Source: Fimbriimonadales bacterium (GTDB lineage Bacteria; Armatimonadota; Fimbriimonadia; Fimbriimonadales; JABRVX01). Taken from it: DNA of 64,000 nucleotides. This document shows, one piece after another, positions 1 through 9,499 of the stretch. Position 1 is the first letter of the stretch, and every line of letters begins with the position of its first letter. Below the pieces are notes generated by a model. It was not told the origin of the DNA and ran no database searches. It worked only from the letters and a program-made list of their open reading frames with translations. A program made the position numbers and the translations under genes. The stretch lies in the NCBI GenBank assembly GCA_045862955.1, contig BTVI01000017.1, positions 1 to 64,000 of the forward strand, written 5' to 3'.

Positions 1-209
1 CTGAGCCTGTCGAAGCATGCGAACGCAAGCCGCAAGCGTTGCATCGGAGGCCGCCATCACCCGGACGGCGAGGGCACGGGTGCCCCGCCTGTCGGGCTGC
101 CGATACTACCATCCGGCAGGCGAGGGCATGCTTCGACAAGCTCAGCATGACGGACTACCGATACTACCATCCGGCAGGCGAGGGCATGCTTCGACAAGCT
201 CAGCATGAC
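1..209. repeat. Cluster of the 27-nt palindromic REP-like element (one partial copy at the window edge, then two opposite-orientation copies 58 bp apart)
   Basis: CTGAGCCTGTCGAAGCATG at 1-19; GCATGCTTCGACAAGCTCAGCATGAC at 126 and 184. Confidence 0.9.
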
Positions 210-241
210 GAAGCTCAGATGGAATCCCGGGGGCGTGGTCA

Positions 242-313
242 GGCCCCGGCGCGGTCCTTGGGCTGGCGGTGAGCGTTCGGTAGGCGCAGGCCGGCGGACG
301 CTGGCCGGGACAT
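242..313 (+). repeat. ~71-nt hairpin element (family 2), diverged copy
   Basis: GCCCCGGCGCGGTCC...GGACGCTGGCCGGGACAT, matching copies at 30032, 30177, 44283, 44381 and 51067. Confidence 0.7.
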
Positions 314-360
314 GGAAAAGGACCGGGCTGGGGCATGACGAGTCCGGCGGGACGCCGGGA

Positions 361-705
361 TTATAGGGGCTGGAAAAGTGAGACCTCGCGACCGTCCGGA
401 TCGCGGAAGGTTACTTGCAGGAAGCGCCGGCCGCCACTCTCGATCTCCGTGGGCTCGTCGAACGGCACGCCACCTGCGCGCAGGCGGGTCAGGAACGGTT
501 CTAGGTCCTCCACATCCACACCGAACTCGGGCAGAACGCCCTCGGCAGGCGTCTTGGTTACGCCGAGGTAACCGTCGCCTAGCTCGATGCCACCGCCCTC
601 CTTGCTCTTGCCTTGGGGAGGCACGTTGAACAGATCGGCATAGAAGGTGAGGGTTTTCTCCGGGTTCCGCGAATGGACCTCGACATAGCTCAGCTGTAGC
701 TTCAA
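361..705 (-). CDS. VOC/glyoxalase-bleomycin resistance family protein
   Basis: TFYADLF and FRDPDGREVSL motifs; GGAGG before the TTG start. Confidence 0.85.
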   Translation of the reverse strand: MKLQLSYVEVHSRNPEKTLTFYADLFNVPPQGKSKEGGGIELGDGYLGVTKTPAEGVLPEFGVDVEDLEPFLTRLRAGGVPFDEPTEIESGGRRFLQVTFRDPDGREVSLFQPL

Positions 706-774
706 CGTTGCACCTCCGCGCCGCCTGCGTTTACATCCCCGGGGCGAGCGTGCTATTCTGTACCCGGTTCACCC

Positions 775-1467
775 ATGTTGTTGCCTATCCGCGACGAAAA
801 CCCGCCGAGGCACTTTCCGCTCATCACGGTGACGTTGATTGTCTTGAACATCATCGTCTTTCTGTGGGATCGGGGCGGTAACCCCTTCGGGCCGCGGATG
901 GTATTCACGGAGATGGCGATGGTGCCGCAGGACGTGCTGGGCGCCTTCTCCGGCGGGTCGTCCGATGCTCTCGTCACTCTTTTCACCTGCATGTTCCTGC
1001 ACGGGGGGATTGCGCACCTTCTAGGCAACATGCTGTTCTTGTGGATCTTCGGCAACAATGTCGAGGACACGTTCGGGCCGGTGTTCTACATCCTGCTGTA
1101 CCTGGCGTGGGGCGTTTCCGCCTCGGCACTGCACATCTTCGTGGATCCGACGTCGGGCATTCCTACGCTGGGTGCGAGCGGTGCGATTGCAGGCGTTCTC
1201 GGCAGCTACGTGATGTTATTCCCGCACGCGAGGATCGACACGCTGTTTTGGGCGTTCTTCGTGTTCGTGATCGAGATGCCAGCCTGGGTGTTGCTCGGAG
1301 CTTGGTTCGTGATGCAGGTGCTTCCGGGCTACCAGCAGCCAGGCGTGGCAACTTGGGCGCACGCGGGCGGTTTCGTCGCAGGGGTAGTGACGGTGCTGCT
1401 GCTGGGCGGGCGCAGACGGCTTCTTCCCCGCTATCGCCAGCTCTCGTGGGAGAGTGACGATGACTAG
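775..1467 (+). CDS. Rhomboid family intramembrane serine protease
   Basis: MFLHGGIAHLLGNM, GASGA (catalytic Ser), AHAGG (catalytic His). Confidence 0.95.
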   Translation: MLLPIRDENPPRHFPLITVTLIVLNIIVFLWDRGGNPFGPRMVFTEMAMVPQDVLGAFSGGSSDALVTLFTCMFLHGGIAHLLGNMLFLWIFGNNVEDTFGPVFYILLYLAWGVSASALHIFVDPTSGIPTLGASGAIAGVLGSYVMLFPHARIDTLFWAFFVFVIEMPAWVLLGAWFVMQVLPGYQQPGVATWAHAGGFVAGVVTVLLLGGRRRLLPRYRQLSWESDDD

Positions 1468-3376
1468 GTCCGTGTGGATTGGTGTCGCGTGCACCGTGCT
1501 GGCCGGCCTGATGGCTCTAGCTCCGGTTCTCACTCGCTTCCGCGCCGAAGAGCGAAACAAGGCAGTGGACATCCTGATCGAGCTCCCCGAGGTGCGGGCA
1601 CTCGCGGCCGGAGTGGGGCGCAGCCTCGAGGAGGTGCTGGCCGAGCTGAAGGCCGCGGGCGCTACGGGAGTAGTGGTGTATGAGGACACGGTGGACGACT
1701 GGGTGCGCTCGGGTCGGCTCGCGGGGGCGCCCGGTGAGAGTTTGGGGCCAGAGGCTGCGGTTCCCTATTGGCTCGTGGATCCTTCGGCGATGGGCCGCTT
1801 GAAATCGTGTCTGACCGGGAAGTTCGGCTGGAGACTGGGCCCCGCTAAGGCAGAAGGTCGAGTGCGGGGCGGTGGCGAGATGGTTTGGCTCCCGCACAAC
1901 CTGGATGCTCTGGGTAGCGCAGGACTAGGCATCGACCCGAGGTCCGTTGACACCGTCCGTCGGGCGGGAATGAGGCCCATCGCGCGCGTGGCCAACTATC
2001 CAGGCGCTACCGAGAGAGGGATCGCTTGGACGCTGCAGGATGCCAAGCGAAACGGGTGCGAGGCCGTCGTCTTTTTGGGCAACGAGGTGATGGGCGCGCG
2101 GGAAATGATCCCCGTGACCGCCTCCGTGCTCCGCGGAACGGACCTCATCTACGCGTACGTCGAGTTCGGTAAGCAGTCGGGAGACGCGAGGCTACTAAAA
2201 GAGATGGTGGCGCCCGACGAGCCATCCACACCGGTCGGCAAGGTCTTGCGGCTTCACAGCGTTCTGCCCGCCGAGATGTTTGCCATGACTCCCGAGGCCG
2301 TCATCGAACGGTATGTTCGTGCTGCCCGAGAACGCGGCATCAAGATGCTCTATTTTCGCATGATCAGCCTGGCGGGAGAAGACCCGGTACAGGCCAATGC
2401 GGATTACCTGCGACGCATCGTTTCGGGGCTGCGTCGCGTGGGAATGGACGCCAAACCGGCCCGGCCTATGGGGCCGCTACCCGACGCGCCGGTGCGGGGC
2501 GCGGTGGCCGTCGTGGCCCCCTTTCTCGCCGCGGTGGCGCTGCTGGTGATCCTACGCTGGCCGTTGTGGCTCGCCCTTGCCGCCCCACTGCCGGGCATCG
2601 CAGCGGACCTCGTGGGGCTCGGCCCCGAACACGCCGTGCATGCGCTGCTCGTAGCCCTACTGTTCCCTACCGCCCTCACCCTGGGAGCGTACGAAGTTGC
2701 GGAGCGACTACGACCCGTGGGTGCGGCAGTGGCGTTCTTCGCGGTAAGCCTTTTGGGAGTCTTGGCGGCACTATCGGTTGCCGGAATGTTGTCCACGCTG
2801 CCCTACATGATGAAAGCTGCCTCCTTCATTGGAGTGAAGCTCGCCCACGTCGTGCCGGTGCTGGTGGTCGGGGGCGTGCTGACGCTGCGAGCCTATCGCG
2901 ATCAGACGTTCGGGCATCCGGTCCGCTGGTGGCATTTGGGCCTCGTGCTCGTGGGAATGGTTTTGCTGGCTTTGCTCGTCGTCCGCACCGGCAATGAGGC
3001 GGCTTCGGTGAGTGGCGCGGAGATGGGGATGCGATCTTTTCTAGACCGCATCCTTCCGATAAGGCCACGCACCAAAGAGGTGTTCTTCGGCCATCCGCTG
3101 CTGATGGCGGCGATGATAGCGCTGGCGTGTCGGCGCACGCGGTTCCTTCCATTGCTTTTCGCATGCGGGGCGGTGGGCCAGGCCAGCGTCCTGAACACGT
3201 TCTGCCACATCCACACGCCACTGTCGGTATCGCTGACTCGGGCGCTGTGGGGCATCGGTCTGGGCGGTATACTGGGCCTCGGGGCATACGTGGTAGCCGT
3301 TCCGGTGGGCCTCTGGATAGGGCATGTATGGAACCTAAGCTGGTCATCGCGGGGTACTTCGGCTGCGGCAACCTAG
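1454..3376 (+). CDS. DUF5693-like membrane protein (usual csaB neighbour)
   Basis: RAARERGI, RPRTKEVFFGHP and NTFCHIHTP motifs; multi-TM C-terminal half; adjacent to csaB. Start could be 1460. Confidence 0.8.
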   Translation: MTMTRSVWIGVACTVLAGLMALAPVLTRFRAEERNKAVDILIELPEVRALAAGVGRSLEEVLAELKAAGATGVVVYEDTVDDWVRSGRLAGAPGESLGPEAAVPYWLVDPSAMGRLKSCLTGKFGWRLGPAKAEGRVRGGGEMVWLPHNLDALGSAGLGIDPRSVDTVRRAGMRPIARVANYPGATERGIAWTLQDAKRNGCEAVVFLGNEVMGAREMIPVTASVLRGTDLIYAYVEFGKQSGDARLLKEMVAPDEPSTPVGKVLRLHSVLPAEMFAMTPEAVIERYVRAARERGIKMLYFRMISLAGEDPVQANADYLRRIVSGLRRVGMDAKPARPMGPLPDAPVRGAVAVVAPFLAAVALLVILRWPLWLALAAPLPGIAADLVGLGPEHAVHALLVALLFPTALTLGAYEVAERLRPVGAAVAFFAVSLLGVLAALSVAGMLSTLPYMMKAASFIGVKLAHVVPVLVVGGVLTLRAYRDQTFGHPVRWWHLGLVLVGMVLLALLVVRTGNEAASVSGAEMGMRSFLDRILPIRPRTKEVFFGHPLLMAAMIALACRRTRFLPLLFACGAVGQASVLNTFCHIHTPLSVSLTRALWGIGLGGILGLGAYVVAVPVGLWIGHVWNLSWSSRGTSAAAT

Positions 3377-4422
3377 GAGACGACGCCATACTGGCGGGCT
3401 TTCTCGAAGGTATTGCCGGACTTCCCGTCCGTCCCGTGGCTCTGTCCGGACATCCGGAGCGGACCCGACGCACCTTTTCCATCGGCTCTGTTCATCGCAT
3501 GAACCTCGCCGCCGTTCGCGAGTCTCTCTCCGGGGCCGAGGCGCTGGTTTTTCCCGGTGGCAGCATCTTTCAGGACGTTACCAGCGTGCGCTCGGTGTAC
3601 TATTACGCGAAGTTGGTGTCGCTGGGGAAGAGCCTGACAGGGCGCGTGATCCTGCTCGGCCAAGGCTTCGGCCCGGTGCGCACGTGGCTGGGGCGGCGCT
3701 TCGTGCGGGGCGCGCTGCGACAGGTGGACGCCATCGCCGTGCGCGACGAGGAGTCGGGGCGCCTGGCGACTTCGCTCGGGGCGCAGTGCGAAGTGCGGCT
3801 GACCGCAGACATGGCGTGGTTGGCCAAGCCGGATGCTGGCGGAGAGGGTTCCTTCGGCATCGGTGACCAAGGAGCCGTGGGGCTGGTGCCACGCCTTTGG
3901 AAGAACAGCCGGGCAGTCGCGGCGGCATTCGGCGGCCTCTCCCGCCATCTATCGAACCAGGGAAAGCTGCCGTTGCTCATTCCCTTCGAAGAGTGTGACG
4001 AGAAAATGGCATCGCAGATGACTGCTCTCGGACACCCATCGCCCACCATCGTGAAGGGCATTCGCGCTCCCGGAGCACTAATGGCGCGAATGGAGAGGCT
4101 GCAGGGCGTCGTGACGATGCGCTATCACGGCGCACTGTTCGCCGCGCGGGCGGGCATTGCGCCGCTTCTGATCAGCTATGACCCGAAGGTGGCGGCGCTT
4201 GCCGGGGTGCTGGGTCTTCCCAAGTCGCTGCCGGTCGAGGGCTTGACGGCCGACCGGCTGATCGCCGCCTGGGACGAGCACGAGCGCCACCGCGCGGCAC
4301 TCGAAACGAACATGCTGCAGAAACGTCAGACACTGAGTGAGAAGGCCCTGGAGAACATCGCTCTGCTGAGCAAGTACGTGCCCAGCCTGAAGGGCGAGAG
4401 CGTCCCGACGAAACTGCCTTGA
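3328..4422 (+). CDS. csaB: Polysaccharide pyruvyl transferase CsaB
   Basis: GYFGCGNLGDDA, GGSIFQDVTS, MRYHG and ISYDPKV motifs; start reassigned to ATG 3328. Confidence 0.9.
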   Translation: MEPKLVIAGYFGCGNLGDDAILAGFLEGIAGLPVRPVALSGHPERTRRTFSIGSVHRMNLAAVRESLSGAEALVFPGGSIFQDVTSVRSVYYYAKLVSLGKSLTGRVILLGQGFGPVRTWLGRRFVRGALRQVDAIAVRDEESGRLATSLGAQCEVRLTADMAWLAKPDAGGEGSFGIGDQGAVGLVPRLWKNSRAVAAAFGGLSRHLSNQGKLPLLIPFEECDEKMASQMTALGHPSPTIVKGIRAPGALMARMERLQGVVTMRYHGALFAARAGIAPLLISYDPKVAALAGVLGLPKSLPVEGLTADRLIAAWDEHERHRAALETNMLQKRQTLSEKALENIALLSKYVPSLKGESVPTKLP

Positions 4423-6986
4423 GACCGTTTCTGTGCCTGCTTTCCATATCGCTCCTTCTCTCGGCCCCGCTCGCAGCCCGGGCCGATCTTCGAGCCTGGC
4501 TGGACGAGCACCTGTTCGCGCCGATCAAACTGTCCGGCTCGAAGCGCATCGGCTATCACCTTCACGAGGTCTCGGGCGACCGAACGAGCTTCGATCAGCA
4601 GAACTACTTCGGCGACGGCGCCAAGTCGTTCACGGACTACACGGATCTGTACGTGCGCGGCGAGAAGGTGTTGGGGTTCATCAACTTCGAGAGCCGGCTG
4701 AGCAACAGCAAGTTCGGCAGCCCGCACGACCGGCGATTGACCTTCGTGTACGAGTCGAAACTGCTGGACGCTAAAGTGGGGGATATCACGGGCTCACTGC
4801 ACAACACCAACCCCCTTGCCAGTTTCAGCAAGACGATGCGCGGTGCGGTCGGTACGCTGAAGCTCGGAAAGGGCTACGAACTGAAGCTGGTCCGCTCCGA
4901 CACGAAGGCCACCCCTCGCACCATTACTTTTCAGGGTGCGAACAGCCGCGGCCCGTACTATCTGCCCGGCGGGAACATCGTGGACGGAACGCTGCGTGTT
5001 CGCGTGGACGACGTGGATAAGACCCTCGGCGTGGATTACACGGTGGACTACCAGACGGGCACGCTCACCTTCTCGTACATCGTGCTGCCCACATCCACGG
5101 TTCAGGCAACCTACGAATCCTACGGTTTCAATGATCGCAGCGGATCGGTGGTGGGCGCTTCTATGCTGTTGCCGATTCTCAGCTCGCTGAACGTGGAGCT
5201 GACGGTGGTGGAGCAGAAGACCCGGGCAGGTTCCGGCCTCGCGACGCGCACGGAACGCTTCTACGGCTATGGCGACCCCTCCACGCCCTACGACCTGCAG
5301 TACGAGCCACTGATTGACGAGGCCCACCCGTTCTTCTTGACGGTGGATAGTGTTCCTCAGCGGGTAGGCATCGACTACTACTTCGACCAGTTCCTTCCGT
5401 TTCGCTTCTACTTCACACGATTCATCCCCAGCACCAGCTTAGTCGAGGCGGTGTACACACCCAAGCCTACCAGCTCGGCCGTGACGGACGGTGATAAGAG
5501 CATCTACGGTGCTTCGGCACGTTGGGCTCCGTTCCATGGCGCATCGGTGCAGTATAACGTGGCATCGAGCAAGGTGCGCTCAGCAAGCGGTGGATCGCTC
5601 GAAGGACTTGCACAGACCGGCCAGTTCAGCTACCGGTCTGGGGGTCTCGGTTTCAAGGCTTCTTTCACAGACATTCCTGCCACCTATTCCGCCATTGCTA
5701 GTACGGGGTTTCGCAGGAACGAGCGCGGCAGTCAGTATGACCTGTCGTACGACTTCGGCAAGGGCCTGACCGCCAGCGTGGGATACACTACCTCGCGAAT
5801 CTCGTCACCTACTTACAACACGGACGGCACGGTGACGGATAGTCCAGCGAACAATCGTCTCGAGACGCTTAGCCTAAACTACGCACCGGTCAACGGCCCT
5901 GCAGTGTCCTTCAGCCATACCAGGAGTACGTTCCGGTCCGCAACGGGAGAGACGACCCATGGCGCCGATACGCTTCGAGTCAGTCGTAACTTCGGCACCC
6001 TCAGCACTTCGCTGGAGCTGAGCCGCGTAAGAGCGTCGCGGCTGAGCCTGTCCGGTTCCGGTCAGTCGGACAACAACACGGTAGACTCCGCGCGACTAGC
6101 CGCGGGGTGGGAGGCGACTAGGTGGCTGTCGGTGGCTGCTTCCGTAGCGCAGAACCGCGTGTCGGGTGCATCGGGCAACACCGACGGACGCGACTACTCT
6201 CTCGACCTAAATGCCCGCTTCGGCGAAAACCTAACTGCACGGTTTTCGTTCAACGATGCGTCGTCGGGCTACTACAACTACTCCGGATACGGCTCCGGCT
6301 ATGACTACGGCTACGGAACCGGCGGTTTTTCGGGCGGTGGTAGTGGGTACGGCACACCCACATCGGGGATTCGACAGCGGGGAGTTTCGCTGAACGTTCA
6401 CTACGTGCCATGGAATGCCTTGTCGCTGGACGTAACGGCCAGCAAGCAGATGGCCTCGGGCGACTACATGAGCAACAGCGACCTGCAGACGTTCACCCTC
6501 GGCGTTGGCTACACGCCCACACAGTGGGTGCGTATTACCGGCAGTCTGACGAATCAGACAGTATCGTTCACTTCTGGAATAGGCAGCTCGAACTCTACGC
6601 TGTATGGGCTGGGGTTGACTGCCGGTCCGTACCGCCGGTGGACGATCACACTCGACTACCAGGGGATGCTGACCGGCTCCCGGTTGGTGGATTCCGGGTT
6701 CGGGAGCTCGTCGTATGACCAGAACCTGAACTCCTACTACGTGCGCCTGACGTACGACCTCGGTGATCGGCAACGCGCCTTCTTCGACGCGCGCTCCGGC
6801 TCCACGTTCGGCTACCTGGCTAGTCGCGAGTTGACGTGGGCTGTCGGCTATGAGTACGACATCACGCGCTTCGCATCGTTGGTTGCTAGTTATCGTGTTC
6901 GTGACCTGCGGAACCTGGACGAATTGAACTCGGCGTACAGCTATCGTTCGCGGTCACTGGACATCGACCTGGTTCTTCGGTTCTAG
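4419..6986 (+). CDS. Large secreted protein, probable outer-membrane beta-barrel (855 aa)
   Basis: Signal peptide; alternating amphipathic strands in the C-terminal half; terminal LDIDLVLRF; start overlaps the csaB stop. Confidence 0.7.
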   Translation: MRPFLCLLSISLLLSAPLAARADLRAWLDEHLFAPIKLSGSKRIGYHLHEVSGDRTSFDQQNYFGDGAKSFTDYTDLYVRGEKVLGFINFESRLSNSKFGSPHDRRLTFVYESKLLDAKVGDITGSLHNTNPLASFSKTMRGAVGTLKLGKGYELKLVRSDTKATPRTITFQGANSRGPYYLPGGNIVDGTLRVRVDDVDKTLGVDYTVDYQTGTLTFSYIVLPTSTVQATYESYGFNDRSGSVVGASMLLPILSSLNVELTVVEQKTRAGSGLATRTERFYGYGDPSTPYDLQYEPLIDEAHPFFLTVDSVPQRVGIDYYFDQFLPFRFYFTRFIPSTSLVEAVYTPKPTSSAVTDGDKSIYGASARWAPFHGASVQYNVASSKVRSASGGSLEGLAQTGQFSYRSGGLGFKASFTDIPATYSAIASTGFRRNERGSQYDLSYDFGKGLTASVGYTTSRISSPTYNTDGTVTDSPANNRLETLSLNYAPVNGPAVSFSHTRSTFRSATGETTHGADTLRVSRNFGTLSTSLELSRVRASRLSLSGSGQSDNNTVDSARLAAGWEATRWLSVAASVAQNRVSGASGNTDGRDYSLDLNARFGENLTARFSFNDASSGYYNYSGYGSGYDYGYGTGGFSGGGSGYGTPTSGIRQRGVSLNVHYVPWNALSLDVTASKQMASGDYMSNSDLQTFTLGVGYTPTQWVRITGSLTNQTVSFTSGIGSSNSTLYGLGLTAGPYRRWTITLDYQGMLTGSRLVDSGFGSSSYDQNLNSYYVRLTYDLGDRQRAFFDARSGSTFGYLASRELTWAVGYEYDITRFASLVASYRVRDLRNLDELNSAYSYRSRSLDIDLVLRF

Positions 6987-7021
6987 GTTGCGATCCACGT
7001 GGCCTGAACAGCACGGCAGTG

Positions 7022-7479
7022 TGGAGTGAATTGGGAGTGCGCGAGCCTGCTCGCGCTTTGCTTCTGCCGGCGGGGTCTGCACTCCATCCGAGGCCGATGA
7101 TGGGTGGGTGGCTAACAGGTGCCGACCCTTTCTTGCTATGCTCCGTTGGTCGCGCAGCGCTCCGAGTTCGACCCCCACCCCAACCCTCCCCCTTTCGCTG
7201 CGCTCCAAGGGGAGGGAGCGGTCCTTGCGCTCCATTCACTTGGGGTTGGAGTGAATTGGGAGTGCGCGAGCCTGCTCGCGCTTTGCTTCTTCCAGCGGGG
7301 TCTGCACTCCATCCGAGGCCGATGATGGGAGGCTGGCTAACAGATGCCGACCCTTTTTTGCTATGCTCCGTTGGTCGCGCAGCGCTCCGAGTTCGACCCC
7401 CACCCCAACCCTCCCCCTTTCGCTGCGCTCCAAGGGGAGGGAGCGGTTCTTGCGCTCCATTCACTTGCGGTTGGAGTGA
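7022..7479. repeat. 225-bp tandem duplication built from several palindromic motifs
   Basis: Units start at 7022 and 7247, with a partial third at 7472; each contains GCGCGAGCCTGCTCGCGC and CCCTCCCC...GGGGAGGG hairpins. Confidence 0.9.
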
Positions 7480-7559
7480 CAGCAATCTGGCCTGAGTATC
7501 ACCGGCATTCGAGCGACGGGAATCCGGTGTGAGTATCATCCTCACAGGTTCCTGATCTC

Positions 7560-8245
7560 GTCATGCTGAGCCTGTCGAAGCATGCGATCGCCCACCGCAT
7601 GCTAACGTTTTCCCATACTACCATGCGGCAGGCGAGGGCATGCTTCGACAGGCTCAGCATGACGGACTACCGATACCACCATGCGGCAGGCGAGGGCATG
7701 CTTCGACAGGCTCAGCATGACGGGCTTCCGATACTACCATCCGGCAGGCGACGGCATGCTTCGACAGGCTCAGCATGACGGGCTTCCGATACTACCATGC
7801 GGATGGCGAGGGCATGCTTCGACAGGCTCAGCATGACGGGCTTCCGATACCACCATGCGGCAGGCGAGGGCATGCTTCGACAGGCTCAGCATGACGGGCT
7901 TCCGATACTACCAGGCGGCAGGTGAGGGCATGCTTCGACACGCTCAGCATGACGGGCTTCCGATACTACCATGCGGCAGGCGAGCGCATGCTTCGACAAG
8001 CTCAGCATGACGGATTCCCGATACTACCATGCGGCAGGCGAGCGCATGCTTCGACAGGCTCAGCATGACGGACTACCGATACTACCATGCGGCAGGCGAG
8101 CGCATGCTTCGACAGGCTCAGCATGACGGATTCCCGATACTACCATGCGGCAGGCGAGCGCATGCTTCGACAGGCTCAGCATGGCGGGCTTCCGATACTG
8201 CCATGCGGCAGCCGAGCGCATGCTTCGACGGGCTCAGCATGACGG
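7560..8245. repeat. Array of the 27-nt palindrome: one inverted copy, then 11 tandem units at 58-bp period
   Basis: GCATGCTTCGAC starts at 7638, 7696, ... 8218; linkers nearly identical. Confidence 0.95.
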
Positions 8246-8296
8246 AACGGTGATTGGCGCAACGGACTGAGAGCACGTCGTGCGTCGTGTCAGCGA

Positions 8297-9496
8297 TCAA
8301 TCTCCTGTCCGCGCTGCAATCGCATCGCACACGTGTGCTGCAAACGGGATTGCACAGGTCCAGGCGGGTGACACCGCGTTCAGAACATGCATCGAGCGAT
8401 CGTCTCCTTCCAGGCAGAAGTCCATCACTAGCTTTCGGCTACGCAGGTCCACTAACTGCGCGCGGATGCCCGGTCGGCCCCAGGTTCGATACTGCGACAC
8501 GTGTACCCCTTCGGCGAGCTTTGCCGCCTGACGCACCATGTGAGGCCGCCAGTACTTGCGCACCTCCTGCCACGCAAGTGCTCGGAAGTCGAAACCGGCA
8601 CGCAACATCAGCGATAGCATCGTGCGTACACTTTCGATACCATCACGCGCCCGCAGGCCCCGAACCCACCCGTACTGCTCGCGCCCCAGGCAGGGAATGG
8701 CAGTGGGTCCGATCTTCGTTCTCCCATCCACGGTAACTGTGAAGTGCACGCCGAGGAACGGATTGCGCAGGTCCGGGACCGGATAGATGTTCGTGCGGAA
8801 AGCGCCGGGCGGTTCGGACGAGTATAGGTATAGCCCCTTGAACGGAGCTATGCGATAGTGCGTGCCGAAGCCGAAGGAGTGGGCGATCCTATCGGCATGC
8901 AAGCCCGCGCAGTTCACCACGTACCCTGCTTGGAGCGTGCCGGCAGTGGTACGCACCTCGCGGCCACGTGCCGATAAGAAGGCGGTGGAGGTCATCATTC
9001 GCACGCCCGAGTGCTCCGCCTCACGTACCAACGCACCTATTACCTCTCGTGGGTCAGCGGTTGCCGTCGTGGGCGACCAGATTGCGCGGCGGAAGGTTTT
9101 AACTCGAGGTTCGATACGCTTCGCATCTGCATCGCTTACCATTGCGACTGCCACGCCGTTCGCCTCGCCTCGACGGGCGAGCTCGTCCAGTGCGTCCAGC
9201 TCGCGCTCATCGCGTGCTACTACCAGCTTCCCGCACTCGTTGATGCGCAGGCCCTTCTCTAGACAGAAGTCACGGAGCGCAGCGTTGCCATCCCTAGTGA
9301 ACCGCGCCTTGAGCGAGTCTGCGGAATAGTAGAAGCCTGCGTGCAGTACACCGCTATTTCTCCCGCTCGCGTGCAGGCCGCACTCGCGCTCCTTCTCGAT
9401 GATCACGACGGTGGCCTCCGGCCACTTGCGCCGCAGCTGCACGGATACGGTGAGTCCGAGAATCCCGCCGCCAATGACAAGGAAGTCGCAGGTCAT
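8297..9496 (-). CDS. lhgO: L-2-hydroxyglutarate oxidase-like FAD oxidoreductase
   Basis: GGGILG, SGRNSGVLHAG, IYPVPD..NPFLGVHFT and LNAVSPA motifs. Confidence 0.85.
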   Translation of the reverse strand: MTCDFLVIGGGILGLTVSVQLRRKWPEATVVIIEKERECGLHASGRNSGVLHAGFYYSADSLKARFTRDGNAALRDFCLEKGLRINECGKLVVARDERELDALDELARRGEANGVAVAMVSDADAKRIEPRVKTFRRAIWSPTTATADPREVIGALVREAEHSGVRMMTSTAFLSARGREVRTTAGTLQAGYVVNCAGLHADRIAHSFGFGTHYRIAPFKGLYLYSSEPPGAFRTNIYPVPDLRNPFLGVHFTVTVDGRTKIGPTAIPCLGREQYGWVRGLRARDGIESVRTMLSLMLRAGFDFRALAWQEVRKYWRPHMVRQAAKLAEGVHVSQYRTWGRPGIRAQLVDLRSRKLVMDFCLEGDDRSMHVLNAVSPAWTCAIPFAAHVCDAIAARTGD

Positions 9497-9499
9497 GAT

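Noticed and set aside
7638..8245. CRISPR array (27-nt palindromic repeat with ~31-nt spacers)
   Set aside because: Spacers are near-identical, the repeat occurs in both orientations at five loci with different periods, and there are no cas genes or AT-rich leader
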